Source: the human T2T-CHM13v2.0 reference genome, Homo sapiens
Strand: one strand, 5' to 3'
Length of the DNA: 64,000 nucleotides
Assembly: GCF_009914755.1 (NCBI RefSeq)
Contig: NC_060928.1
The notes below the pieces were generated by a model. That model was not told the origin of the DNA, did no database searches, and saw only the letters and a list, made by a program, of their open reading frames with translations. Of this stretch, positions 46,254-64,000 are shown piece by piece (the stretch's first letter is position 1; each line of letters opens with the position of its first letter). A program made the translations under genes and the position numbers.

Positions 46254-48624
46254 CAAAGTAGGAGTCTTCAGGGAGTATTGTAGTATAGCAAATGCCAACT
46301 CAGTGTTAATGAGATCTTCATCTTATTGTATCATAACACTTAGTATTATTGAAAGATTTTCCTCAGAGAAACATTTTACCAATTAGAGAAAAGGATGCAT
46401 GTTTTCCAAATCATATTTAACTCAAAATGTTTAAATACTAAAATATTAATGTATCTACAAATGTGTGCATAAATCTTTTAAACCCTCATAGAACATTAAA
46501 TCTCAGGGCTTAGATCTATATTGGAGTTAGCCATTTAAATATTTTTGGATTTAAAACAATGATAAAGTATTCTTTTTAAAACAATCATAAAGTATTCTGC
46601 CTTCCTACCAGGTAGACAATACTTCATTTTGCATCTCTGACTTAATATTTATTTTGTTCAATGTATTCTTGTGTGTATATATATAGCCTAATCTCTTTCC
46701 TCTAAAATTTTACACATTAAGTTGTCTACCATGGACAGTCAACTTTTAACTCTAGTCCAAAGATTTTGCAAAGAATATTTTCATAACTGTGCACCTCATT
46801 CTGTTTATCTAACTAGGCGTTCATCCTGTGTAATTTGAAAATATGTCACACGTGGTGATGAGAATCTATTTGAGGAACATGGGCAGTTTGAAATAATATA
46901 TGCAATGTATGACTAGTTTATATAATGAAAGGAAGTATTTAAAAAGATAGCATGACATAGACTAATCTAATTGAGAAATATGAAAGTCTAACAGAAATGA
47001 TTGCTTGTGAAATTTTATGAAGAAATCCACAGATAAATTCTCCACCTTGATCTATGTAATCCGAAATTTAGATGTTAAAAATATGTTGATTCTGAAAATT
47101 TATATTTATTCAAAGTTCCAGGTCATTTTTGGCTGGAAAAAAATTAAAAAGTCAAATGAATTTTTGAGGCAATCTAAATGAAAAGGCAGCAGTTTTTATG
47201 GTTGGAATAGACAGAAAAGTAGGGTGAGAGATCAAAAGATAATTCTAAGATTTCTTGCCTGTTAGAACAGGATGCTGGCAATACATTCTGCAGATATCAA
47301 AGTTTGGCAATGGAAAAATACAAAGATGCCTCACTATCTTATATTTAAAGTGATGAAGTTACATCAGGATTTTAAATCTATATTTGACTTTCCATATTAT
47401 GTGGTATTTCACATGATGATCACTCAAATCAAAGACTATTTTCAAACATATTAATACATTCTATTATTAACTGTGATGCCAAAATACTGAAATATATGCT
47501 ATTTAACAAGCAGATAGATCTTATGTTTTCAAATATTTATATGATTTTATTTAAAAATTTGTCTGGAGGCATTCAGCTAGAAAAACACTCATAATTAGCT
47601 AATGCTGAGAAAAAATTTTCTGTTAAATTTAAAAGTTTTACTTTGTTCTACTTCTGAGATATTTCAAATATATAGAAATATTTAATAATGACACATAAGT
47701 GACAATACTTACTGAACAATTACTATGTGATGGACTCTGATTAAAGAAGTATACATGGATTATTATATTTAATACATAAGACTTTTTTAAATTAATAATA
47801 TCAATCTTCGTCGTTCATGTTTGAAAGAACCCTTTTGAAGACATCCTTTGTTGTAAAATTTGTCATTTTGGTGGTCAGGGCATGATGAATTTAAATAATA
47901 ACTTGAACAGATCTGTGATTTAGAAAGATAAATTTCAAAACATTTTGGAAGATATAATACATTTAAAAAATGTCATGACTATCTTCTCTCTGGTTCTTGT
48001 CACGACTGCCAGTCCTCATCCCTTTCAGACTGTACATTGTCTCATTCAAAATTAACAAATTGTAATTTTATTGAACATTTACTATGCAAAACACTTTGAA
48101 AAGATGAAGAAGGATGGAAAGATGCCCCAAATAGCTGACTTCATGCAGTTTAACCTGAAGTAAAGGAGAAAACCCACTAATATATGAAAATGCAATTAAT
48201 AACACAAATAATGATTGATGTTTAGTGGCTTAATTTGTCATGTAAGCAGGCACAGGCAGAGAAGGTTACAGAGTAACTGACATCAAGATTGTCTTCAATG
48301 ATAACAAGCCTTTGGAAATAAAAAGGAGATTGGAAATCTTGAGGAAAAGTATGTGAATATGGATAATAGATAGAAATAGAAAGATATATCATCAATATTG
48401 CCAAAGGCTTGCATGGAAAAGGCATCCTTAACTTGTGCATTTTGTGATTCAGTGAGTCAAATAAAAAAATAAACAGAATGAAGCTATCAGAGAATAAAAG
48501 GAAAATATTTTACGACCAAAATAGATCACTTTGTTAATGAGGGCCTGTGGTATACGTTGCTTAGAAACCTTGTATGTTAAACATGGCCAGAGTGTATGCA
48601 ATTGAGTCAAGAAATAACGTGAGC

Positions 48625-48720
48625 AGTGGCTTTTGTGGTTAAACAACTTGCCCAGAGTCACATGGATAGTGACAGGTGCTGACATAAATTCAGATATTTG
48701 GCCTATTATTTCTCCCACCT
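48625..48720 (-). mobile_element. MIR fragment
   Basis: ggttaaacaacttgcccagagtcacatgg matches the MIR core. Confidence 0.6.
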
Positions 48721-50270
48721 TTCTATAAAATGTTCCTTTGTTAATTTAACATTATGAAACCTTAGACTTGTAACACTGGTATTGAATGTATGATATTATA
48801 TTTATTTACAGATATCTAAAAATGTGACTAAATAGACCTTTCTATATTTTACATTTCTTGAATTTGTTTTTAAGATGGTAATATATTCCCTATCTGGAGA
48901 TTTGATAGTAACTTCCAGATTTTGTTGCTTTTAATAATATATAATCACTAGTTCTATTTGAAAAGTAATTTGAGGTATGAGGGAAGGGAACTCTAAATTT
49001 AGGATTTCTTCATATAGAGAGATGGTTTAACAGTCATTATTTTAAGACTTTTATTGTATCTCCACATTTTGATTACTAACAAAGCTTTTGGTAAATATTA
49101 ACAAATTTCTATCGTAAACATTGTTAACAGTTACACTGTTGATATTGTCAGTTGGATGTACAATATTAGAGCCACATGGATTCAGGTATTATTAAGATTT
49201 AATTACCAATTTGACAGACAAAACTAGCAGCTATCATTGAATTAATCTGTGTTTGTTTGAATACTGGTAATATTAAGTAGGTTACTTTTTATTTCTATCT
49301 GAATTTTTTATTTGATATGCGTGTGATGAGAGAGAGGGAACTGTTTATAACAGTTGCTCATTCTTCTATAGAAGTTGTTTTTGACTTATTAATAAAAGTC
49401 TATATATGTTCAGGTTTTATTTAAAATTTCCTTCCATAAAAAGCTGCAAAGTTCTGTAAACATGAGCCGAAAAAAAGAGAGAAAAATAAAAGCACTGTAG
49501 TCTTCTGATTTGTTACATGCCTTTAATTTTATCTGTTTTTTAGTTACATGCTTTTGTGTCGACAGATACAGGTTTTATTTTTCTTGATAAAACGCTGTTT
49601 GTGTCTTTTGAGCTAAGAAACACTCACTCTAGTCAAAGATTATATTACAACATGACTATCATCTTCTCCATAATAATTCTCTTTGCTTTATTTTTAAATT
49701 AAAGAATATATCTTTGAGTTTTCCCTATACTTCACTGATTAAATTACAGAATAGCAACTGTTTTGACTCTTTCTAAATCTTGTGAAAATTTTGTACAATC
49801 TTTTATCTCATCTTCCATCCCAGTCTACTCTCTTCTTATATAGCCCATCCTTGAAGAAAGCAAGTGCTGAAGTTATGCCTCTATCTGTGTGAAACTGTTT
49901 TTTATACAGCATTATAACAGATAATACTAGTCCTATTCTCACTAATTCCTTTTATATTTTTGTGCATTCCTCTAGCTTCTGAGTGTTTGCTTCACATGAT
50001 CCTCATATAGGATTATTTTCAGGTGACTGTCTCAGATTATTCGACATGATTTTCAGAGGGAAGTCTCCAGGAATTTACATCACTTGGGTGAAGGAAGAGA
50101 GCAAAGAAACCACCAACTGGTTGAGATGAATGAAAACCTACTTCCTTTTCCTGGAGTTTAAATACACTGTGAGCCATAATTTTCAAACCAGAGCTCCACT
50201 GCAAGAAAAGGTGAAGGATGAGGTATTGCCTGCAATTCACCCTTTGCTTAGCTTCTTCCCTTTTCTTCTA

Positions 50271-50316
50271 TTAGGCTGGTACAAAAGTAACTGTGGTTTT
50301 TGCCATTACTTTTAAT
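50271..50316 (+). mobile_element. Half MADE1 (Hsmar1 MITE; single TIR arm)
   Basis: ttaggctggtacaaaagtaactgtggtttttgccattactttta versus consensus TTAGGTTGGTGCAAAAGTAATTGCGGTTTTTGCCATTACTTT; preceded by TA. Confidence 0.85.
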
Positions 50317-50769
50317 ATATTCCTAAATACCCATTTAGTCTCCTGGCAAACTTCCTGGTAAATCTCAGGCTCTCCTTCTGGGAAGCCAGTCTCAAGACAA
50401 GGATTTTCTTCTGAATTTTCAGAGATATGCACATTCATATTATACTGTATATTTTTACATAAGTAATGTTTACTCTTTATTATTTAATTTATTTTTGGTT
50501 TAAGTACTATATATGCAAGATTCAGAATCCTAGCAGCATAAAAACATGCACGGTAATAAGTAAGTCTCTCTCCTGTTACAGTGATGACCAATTTTCTAAG
50601 TTTCTGTGGGTGTCTCCAGATATAGTCTATGAATGTAAAAAATATATATTATATTTACCACACAAATACAGCATACTTTATACGGCATTAATGTTTGCTT
50701 TTTTTCACTTAAGACTAGTTTGAAGATTTTTTTATAACATTACATATAGAGCTCTGTTTTCTGTCACTT

Positions 50770-52085
50770 TAAAAATAAACTTTTTTTAAAACAGTTTAAA
50801 TTTACAGAAAAATTATAAAAATAGAACAGGTTTTAAATACTGCATACCCAATTTCTCCTATTAACATCTTACATAACTATGGTCATATTTTTACAATTAA
50901 TGAACTAATATTGATTATTATTCACTTAAATTCATTCTTTATTCATATTTTCATCTTTACCTAATTATATTTTTCTGCTTCAGGATACCACAACACATTT
51001 GGCATTCATGTCTCCTAAGGCTCCTCTTGACTTAACAATGTCTAAGACATTCCTTGTTTTTGATGATCTTGACAGTTTTGAAGAGTACAGGTCACTTTTT
51101 GCAAAATGGCCTTCAGTGGTATTTCTATGATGTTCTCCTCTTCATGATTAAACTGGGGTTATAGTTTCTTGATAGGAAGACCACAAAAGGTGCCATTTTC
51201 ATCATGTCCTATCAAACATATGTCCCATGAATATGACTTATCACTGTTGATGTTGACCTTGATCACATGGCTGAGACAGTATTTTTCAGACTTTTCCAAG
51301 GTAAAGTTACTCTTTTTTCATCCTTCTCATACTGCACTCTTTAGAAGAAAGTCATTGAGCACAGACTATATTTAAAGGGTAGAAAGTTAGCATATGTTGT
51401 CACAATTAGCTTTATAATAAGTTTTAAAAACAAGGTGGTGTGAGTCCTCCAACTTTGCTCTTATTCAATATTGTGTTCATTCTTCTAGATCTTTGCCTTT
51501 TTGTGTTAATTTTAAATCAGCTTGTTCATAGCTACAAAATACCATTATGTGATCTTGATAAGGACTGTGTTGAATCTATAAATCAAATGGAAAATAACTG
51601 ATATCTGAACAATATTGAGCTTTCCAGTGTATCAACACAGAGTATCTCCGTATTAATTTAGATCTTCTTCTACTTCTTTAATCAGAGTTTGGTACTTTTC
51701 CTCATATATGTCTTGTATACATTTTATTAAATTTATATCTAAGATTTTCTTTTTCTTATAGTATGATAAATGGTATTTTTATTTAAATCTTAAATTTCAA
51801 CTGTTTAATGCTGGCATACAGAAAAGTAATTAATGCTGTATATTAACCTTGTATTCTGCAATCTTGTCATACTTGCTTATAAGTTCCAGGATTTTTTTTC
51901 GGATCCATTGTGGTGGAGGCAGGGGTGTCTCCAGATAAAACCATGTCATCTAGAGACAAAGATATTCTTCTTTCTTCCTTTTAAATATCTATAAATTTTA
52001 TTTATTTATTTTATTGCAACAGCTAGATATTTACAGTGGGATTTTGAATAGTCCTTGCCTTTTTCTTGATATTAAGAAAAAAGCA
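50770..52085 (-). mobile_element. Old L1M (L1MC/MD-type) 3' end and ORF2, left part
   Basis: Antisense L1M 3'UTR then ORF2 (gagtcctccaactttg, gtgttgaatctata). Interrupted at 52086. Confidence 0.75.
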
Positions 52086-53391
52086 GGGATGGAGCCAAGA
52101 TGCCTGAATAGAGGCAGCTCTGCTCAGCAGCACCCACGGAGGACAAAAACTGTGAGTGCACTCTGCATCTTCAACTGAGGTACCAAATTTCTCTTATTGG
52201 GACTGACTAGGTGGCGGGCATGACCCTCGGAAAGCAAACAAAAGCAGGGTGGAGCAACACCCCACCCAGGAGCTACACATGGCAAAGGGAGCTCCTTCCC
52301 CCAGCCAAGGGAGACAATGAGGGATTGTACATCCCTTCCCTGTAAACCAGGCTTTTCCCAGGAATCCTTGTAACCTGCTCATCAGGAGGTCCCCTCCTGA
52401 GCCCAGGCTACCAGAGACTTGGGGCCCAAGCAGAAAGCTGTGGAGAATCACAGGGGCTGCTCGAGTGGGCAGCTGCTTTGAGCAGACACTGCGACATAGG
52501 AGTGTTAGCATACTCTGCTCTTTGAAATCCCTTCAGGCAGGAAATCCATCCACTCTTGTAAGGAGGAGGCTGAAGCCAGGGAGCCAAGTGGCCTGTTCCC
52601 ACAGACCTCCACAAGCCCAAACCCCCTGGCTTAGAGCCATACCCCACTTCCCCCAGCCAGTGCAGCCAGGGAGAAGCTGCCTAACAAGACAGAGTTCCCC
52701 AGGGAAAGGGGTGGCTGCCATCACTGTTGGCCCCTTTCCCTTGCCACTGACACCAGTGAGAGAGTGGGACTGGATCAACTCCTCCTCAGTGGGTGGAGTC
52801 TCCCTGTGGGAATCTCAGCATCCCCAGGCAAGAATTTGTGGACAGAACACTGATAACCCTGAGAGGAGCTCCCTGGAGGAGTGGCAGCTGTGGTATCCTG
52901 CATCAAGGATCTTAAGTCTTTTCTGCCTTCTGGCTCTAGAGAATCAGGGTAGCCCAGATGAGGGTGATTCTCCCAAGTGAAGCACACCCACCCTGTAAAG
53001 GGGCAGGCACATTGCTTATTTAAACAGGTCCCTAACCCCACTTTTCCTGACTGAGTGGGACCTCTCAACAGGAGTCTCAAGACACCTCATACAGAGTGTT
53101 TCAGTCAGCATCAGGCCAGTGCCCCTATGGGACAGAGCCCCCCGAGAAAAAAGCAGCCTGACATCTTTGCTCTCTGCAGCCTCCCCTCATGTTAACTCCA
53201 GGGAGGGGAGGGATCAAAGCGAATAGGGGCCGGAGTGGACTGCAAGCAAACTGCAGCAGCCCCACAGAAGAGTGGTCTGACTGCTAAAAGAAAAACAAAC
53301 AGAACACAGCCACATCAACAAAAAAGGCATCAAATAAAACCCCATCAAAATTCAGCAGCCTCAAAAATCAAAGATGGATGAACCCACGAAG

Positions 53392-54400
53392 ATGAGAAAG
53401 AATCAATGCAAAAATGCTGACAACTCAAAAAGCCAGAGTGCCTCTTCTCCTTCAGGAGGTTGCCACAGGCCTCCAGCAAGGGCACAGAAATGGGCTGAGG
53501 CTGAGATGGATGAAATTGACAGAAGTAAGCTTCAGAAGATGGGTAATAATGAACTTCACTGAGCTGAAGGATTATGTTCTAACTCACTACAAAGAAGCTA
53601 AGAACCATGATAAAAATGTTACAGGAGCTGTTAACCAGAGTAACCAGTTTAGAGAGGAACATAAATGATCTAATAGAGCTGAAAAACACAACACGAGAAC
53701 TTCTCGTAATGCAAACACGAGTATGAATAGCTGAATAGACCAAATAGAAAAAAGGATATCAGAGCATGAAGACAATCTTGCTGCAATAAGGCAGGCAGAC
53801 AAGATTAGAGAAAAATGAACGAAAATGAATGAACAAAACCTTGGAGAACTATGGGGCTATGTTAAAAGACCAAACCTACGAATGATAGGCGTACCTGAAA
53901 GAGACAGGGAGAACGGAACCAAGTTGGAAAACCCACTTAAAGATATCATCCAGGTAACTTCCCCAACCAGCAAGACAGGCCAATATTCCAATTCAGGAAA
54001 TCCAGAGAACCCCAGCAAAATACTCCATGAGAAGATCAACCCATAACTATCAGATTTTCCAAGGTTGAAATGGGGAAAAATTATTAAGCACAGCCAGAAA
54101 AAAGGGCCAGGTCACCTGTAAAGAGAAGCCCATCAGACTAACAGCAGGCTTCTCCGCAGAACCTCTACAAGCCAGAAGAGATTGGGGGCCAATATATAAC
54201 ATCCTTAAAGAAAAGAATTTCCAAACTAGACTTCCATATCCAGCCAAACTAAGTTTCCAAAGTGAAGGATAAATAATATCTTTTTCAGACAAGCAAGTGC
54301 TGAGGGAGTGTGTCACCTTGCCTGCCTTGCAAGAGCTCCTGTAAAAGGCACTAAATATGGAAAGGAAAAACCAATACCAGCCACTACAAAAAACACACTG
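53392..54400 (+). pseudogene. L1 ORF1p relic (frameshifts/stops)
   Basis: MRKNQCKNADNSK..., NEQNLGELWGYVKRPNLRMIGVPE fragments in different frames. Confidence 0.85.
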
Positions 54401-54468
54401 AAATACCGAGATCAGTGATATTATGAAACAAATGCATAAACAAGTCAGCAAAATAACCAGGCATCATG

Positions 54469-58600
<4,132 letters not shown>

Positions 58601-58849
58601 ACGATGGGATCATATAGACACAAAAATGGAAACAACACGCACTAGAGCCTATCAGGGAGTAGGGTGTGGAGAGAGAGCGTATTAGAAAGTATGGCTAATG
58701 CATGCTGGGCTTAATATTTAGGTGATGGGTTGATAGGTGCAGTAAACCACTATGGCACATGTTTACCTATATAACAAATCTGAATATCTGGTACATGTGC
58801 CCCAGGACTAAAAATTTAAAAAATTTAAAAAAAAAAAAAGAAGAAAGCA

Positions 58850-59970
58850 ACCAGTTTTATAACACTGTGTATGATTATAACTATAGGTTTTAAGTAGATG
58901 TTCTTTATCAAGGTGAGGAACTTCACTTTGAAATTTAGCTTGCCAAAATTTTTTATTATAAATGGATGTGTGTTTTTGTCAAATGTTTTCTTCAGTATCA
59001 ATCAGTATGAGTATACCATTTTTAAAAACATTTTGCCTATGATATGGTGGTGTTGAACCAGCATTTCATGCTTGGAATAAATCTCACTTGGTTGGTTATG
59101 TTGTATAATTTTTTGTTTTATAATTTTTTTGAATTGCTAATGTTTTAATAAAGATTTTTGAATCTATGTTCATAAGAAAAATTGACCTGTATGTTTCCTT
59201 TCTAATAATGCCGCTGTCTTGTTTTAATATTAGGGTAATGTTGAACTCATAGAATGTTAGGAAGTAATTCCTCTGCATCTATTTTCTGAAGATTACTGTG
59301 GAGAACAGGTATCATTTCTTTGATAAACGTTTTGTAGAATTTGCCACTGAAATCATCTTGGCCTGATACTTTCCATTTTGAAAGTTTTCTATTTAAAATT
59401 TTTAGTTATTTTTGTCAGTTTTTGAATAAACCATAGGAATAGGCTTATATTCAGATGACCTATTTCTCTGTTTTTCAGTTTTAGTAATTTGTGTCTTTAA
59501 AACAATCATTTCTTTTTATTTATCAAATTTGTGGACATGGATTTATTCATATTATGTTTATTATTCTTTCAATGTCCATGGGAACAGTATTGATGTCCCC
59601 TCTTCCACCATTGATGTTTATAATTTGTAGCTTATCTCTTTATTTCCTGGCTATCCTAGCTAGAATTTTATCAATTACATTATATTTGCAAATAATCAGA
59701 TATTGGTTTTGCTGGTATTCTCTGTTGTTTTACCATTTATGATTTTATGGATTTTTATTCAAATTCCTAAAATTTCTTCTCTTTTACTTGGTTTAGCTTA
59801 TATGCTGTTTTTTTCCTAATTTCCAAAGATGAAAATATATATTATTACCTTTATATCTTTTTTCATTTCCAATACATGCCTTTAATGCTATATTTTATCG
59901 GGTTAGTCTTACTGTTTTTACATCCCACAGATTTCAATATGTTGTGTATTCATTTTCATTTATTTGAATT
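58850..59970 (-). mobile_element. Old L1M ORF2, right part (continuation of 50770-52085)
   Basis: Antisense ORF2 resumes directly after the TSD; ORF-track peptide FYEFNITLILKQD...IFLMNIDSKI. Confidence 0.75.
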
Positions 59971-60516
59971 TTTGTTTTCGGATTTTCCCATGAGTCTGGG
60001 TTGAGAGTGCTGATCAATACATTAGAACATAAAGTTCCACAAGAAAATCAAGATAAAAGGAGAGCTATAATCATTGGGTAGTTCAGTGGTGGTAATCTTC
60101 TGTAGGTCAAAGTTAAAAATAAGATAGGCAGTTAAACACCCAAGCTCCCAGACCGCATAGGGACTTGAAATCTAAAAATAATAAGAGCCAAGGAACAGTA
60201 CTGAACTATCACAAGCAAGATAAGTGAAGTTCTTTTAATGAGACTAAGGTTCAAGTACCTAAATTGGAGAGTGCTGTAGAGGTAGTTAAAGTGACACAGT
60301 ATTCCTAAGATGAAGGTAAGTGGACAGCCAACAAATATGGTGCTCATTTTATCAATGAAGCAAATAGAAAATTGAACATCAAGGTATTGAAAATGGTTTC
60401 CTTGATCAATTATCACCTTTTCTTCCAGTTTGTAGTCATAAATCAACTCACGGACTTAGAACCTAGAGTGACTCTTAGCCTATTTCCTGCCATAATGGTT
60501 TATAAAAGGTTATGTT

Positions 60517-60823
60517 AGTCCTGGCATGGTGGCTCACACCTGTAATCCCAGCCCTTTGAGAGGCTGAGGCTGGGGATCACAAAGTCAGGAGTTTGAGATC
60601 AGCCTGGCCAACATAGTGAAACCCTGTCACTATTAAAAATACAAAAAAAAAAAAAGTAGTCGGGAGTGGTGGCGGGTGCCTGTAATCCCAGCTACTCAGA
60701 AGACTGGGGCAGGAGAATCACTAGAATGTGAGAAGTGGAGGTTGCAGTGAGCCAAGATGGCACCACTGAACTCCAGCCCGGGTGACAGTGTGAGACTCCA
60801 TCAAAAAAAAAAAAAAAAAAAAA
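60517..60823 (+). mobile_element. AluS (Sg/Sc-like)
   Basis: Dimeric Alu with A-tail and A-expanded linker. Confidence 0.9.
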
Positions 60824-61425
60824 AGAGTCATGTGAAAGCATATAGGAGAAAAAATTTATTAGGAAGAAAAATTTCTTTCAAAAGAAATATATATTTACAT
60901 TCTGTTCTTTTAATAAATGTAGAAAGAGGGCATTTACTTGTCACTTCAAGTCAATGTGAGCGATGGTAAGAGAACTATCCATTGATACTGTCAAGTATTC
61001 CTTTAATGGGGTGGTAAAATGACAGACACTTGGCTCATTTCTGAGTATACTAGGATGAAGGGGTATAGTGGGAGCCACTTACATGCTTAAATAACAAAGA
61101 CAGCTGACTCTATCAGAAGAAAGCATGACTTTCACCAACAACAGGAAATAGGTTCCTTTTTGTGGTGGACAAAAATCCATTCAAGAGGATTTTGCCAGGA
61201 CAAAATGACCTCAGCAGGAAGATTCTACAGGTGTTCAGTTATATACAGTTGCTAATGGGAACTTCAAAAATACTCGGCCAAAAGGATTGGTATTTGACTG
61301 CCTCAAGAGAATAAAAGTTGGAACTCCTTAGTGAGAAAATTTCCTCAGGCCTGTGAAAACATCCTACAAGAGAAAGAATCAATATTGGGGATCTTCCATA
61401 TCTAAAGGATATTGACAGCAGATTA

Positions 61426-63682
61426 TACTTCCAATTATGTGGTCAATTTTAGGATAAGTACAATGTGGTGCTGAGAAGAATGTATATTCTGTTGATTTGG
61501 GGTGGAGAGTACTATAAATGTCTATTAGGTCCACTTGGTCCAGAGCCGAGTTCAAGTCCTGAATATCCTTGTTAATTTTCTGTCTGGTTGATCTGTCTAA
61601 TATTGACAGTGGGGTGTTAAAGTCTCCCACTATTATTGTGTGGGAGACTAAGTCTCTTTGTAGGTCTCTAAGAACTTGCTTTATGAGTCTGGGTTCTCCT
61701 GTATTGGGTGCATATATATTTAGGATAGTTAGCTCTTCTTGCTGTATTGATCCTTTACCATTATGTAATGCCCTTCTTTGCTTTTTTTATCTGTGTTGGT
61801 TTAAAGTCTGTTTTATCAGATACTAGGATTGCAACCTCTGCTTTTTCTTTTGCTTTCCATTTGGTTGGTAAGTATCCCTCTATCCCTTTATTTTGTGCCT
61901 ATGTGTGTCTTTGCACGTGAGATGGGTCTCCTGAATACAGCAAACCTATCGGTCTTGACTCTTTATCCAATTTGCCAGTTTGTGTCTTTTAATTGGGGCA
62001 TTTATTCCATTTACACTTAAGGTTAATATTGTTATGTGTGAATTTGATCCTGGTATTATGATGCTAGCTGGTTATTTTGCCTGTTAGTTGATGCCGTTTC
62101 TTCATAGTGTCAATGGTCTTTACAATTTGGTATGTTTTTGCAGTGGCTAGTACCAGTTTTTCCTTTCCATATTTACTGTGTCCTTCAAAAGCTCTTGTAA
62201 GGTGGTGACAAAATCTCTCAGCATTTTCTTGTCTGTCAAAGGTTTCATTTCTCTTTTGCTTATGAAGTTGAATTTGGCTGGATATGAAATTCTGGGTTGA
62301 AAATTCTTTAAGAATGTTGAATATTGGCCCCCACTCTCTTCTGGCTTGTAGAGTTTTTGCCGAGAGATCCACTGTTAGTCTGATGAGCTTCTCTCTGTGG
62401 GTAACCTGACCTTTCTCTCTGGCTGCCCTTAACATTTTTTTCTTCATTTCAACCTTGGTGAATCTGATGATTATGTGTCTTGGGGTTGCTCTTCCCAAGG
62501 AATATCTTTGTGCTGTTCTCTGAATTTCCTGAATTTGAATGTTGGCCTGCCTTGCTAGGTTGGGGAAGTTCTCCTGGATAATATCCTGAAGAGTGTTTTC
62601 AAACTTGGTTCCATTCTCCCTGTCACTTTCAGGTACACCAATCAAACATAGGTTTGTTTTTTTCACATAGTCCCTTATTTTTTGGAGGCTTTGTTCATTC
62701 CTTTTTATTTTTTTCTCTAATCTTGTCTTCATGCTTTATTTCATTAAATAAATCTTCAATCTCTGATATTCTTTCTTCCGCTTGATTAATTCAACTATTG
62801 ATACTTGCGTGTGTTTCACAAAGTTCTTGTGTGGCGTTTTTCAGCTCCATCAGATCATTTATGTTCTTCTCTAAATTAGTTATTCTAGTTAGCAATTCCT
62901 CTAACCTTTTTTCAAGGCACTAGCTCCCTTGCATTGGGATAAAACATACTCCTTTAGCTCGGCGGAGTTTGTTGTCACCCACCTTCTGAAGCCTACTTCT
63001 GTCAATTTGTAAAACTCATTCTCTGTCCATTTTTTTTCCCTTGCTGGTGAGGAGTTGTGGTCCTTTGGAGGAGGAGAAGAGCCATTCTGGTTTTAGGAAT
63101 TTTCAGCCTTTTTGAACTGGTTTTTCCTCATCTTCATGGATTTATCTGCCTTCTTTGATGTTAGTGACCTTTGGGTGGGATTTTTGAGTGGACATCCTTT
63201 TTTGTTGATGTTAATGCTATTCCTTTCTGTTTGTTAGTTTTCCTTTTAACAGTCAGGCCCCTCTGCTGCAGGTCTGCTGGAGTTTGCTGGAGGTCTACTC
63301 CAGACCCTGTTTGCCTGGATGTCACCAGCAGAGGCTGCAGAACAGCAAAGATTGCTGCCTGTTCCTTCCTCTGGAAGCTTTGTCCCAGAGGGGCACCTGC
63401 CAAATGCCAGCCAGAGCTCTCCTGTATGAGGTATCTGTGAACCCCTGCTGGGATGTGTCTCTCAGTCAGGATGCAAGAGGGCCAGGGACCCACTTGAGGA
63501 GGCAGTATGTCCCTTAGTAGAGCTCGAGCACTGTGCTTAGAGATCCATTGCTCTCTTCAGAGCTGATGGGCAAGACTGTTTAAGTCTGCTGAAACTTTGT
63601 CCACAGCCACCCCTTTCCCTTTCCCCAGGTGCTCTGTCCCAGAGAGATAGGAGTTTTATCTATAAGCCCGTGACTGGGGCTG
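61426..63682 (-). mobile_element. L1PA7/8-like fragment: part of 5'UTR, ORF1 relic and start of ORF2 EN; truncated at both ends
   Basis: ORF-track peptides GDFNTPLSILDRSTRQKINKDI (EN) and NEQSLQKIRDYVKKTNLCLIGVPE...RATPRHII (ORF1p). Confidence 0.93.
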
Positions 63683-63779
63683 TGAAAGGAGATTATAACT
63701 GTACTGTCCGGTCAGTTCTGTGCCCCTGCCTTATCACACCCTCCTGCACCTTATTAGTTAAAATTTACTTTTGTCTGAT

Positions 63780-64000
63780 GAAATACAGAATGTTAAATAA
63801 GACAGAAACATATTTCTTTCAAAGAACAATATATAAGCCATCCAGAGAGCTGATATTATGACTTCGTTTCCTCAGGAACCCAGTCTCTTTAGGTCTCATT
63901 GCTTCATTATTTCATGATGTTTCTTTTGGTATAATAATACAAGATGATTCTACCACATCCACAACACCCAAAGCAGAGTAAAGGAAGAAGGGTATGAGGC
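63780..64000 (-). mobile_element. Possible old MLT1-type LTR fragment
   Basis: aaataagacag..tatttct..tcaggaacccag..caagatg..ggaagaaggg motifs resemble MLT1H-J antisense. Confidence 0.35.

Overview
Primate (most likely human) AT-rich, CpG-depleted, gene-poor DNA, either intergenic or deep intronic. I cannot support any host protein-coding exon, tRNA, rRNA or CRISPR array. The recognisable ORF-track entries are translations of Alu, L1, THE1 or simple repeats. The window is a layered transposon landscape: about 11 Alu/FLAM copies, a complete two-LTR THE1 element, a THE1 solo LTR nested in a Tigger3 element, several MER/Tigger/MADE1 DNA-transposon relics and MLT1 LTRs. It also holds old L1M/L2/MIR fragments, a full-length older L1PA nested in an L1M, two doubly truncated L1 pieces and a young 5'-inverted L1 with the ACG/A 3'UTR diagnostic. 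I found no new biological system. The most unusual signal is four cross-referencing templated-insertion scars in the full-length L1 (55.0-57.7 kb), including a 139-bp copy with 138/139 identity placed 1.83 kb from its donor. Subfamily names come from recalled consensus sequences and need RepeatMasker/Dfam confirmation.
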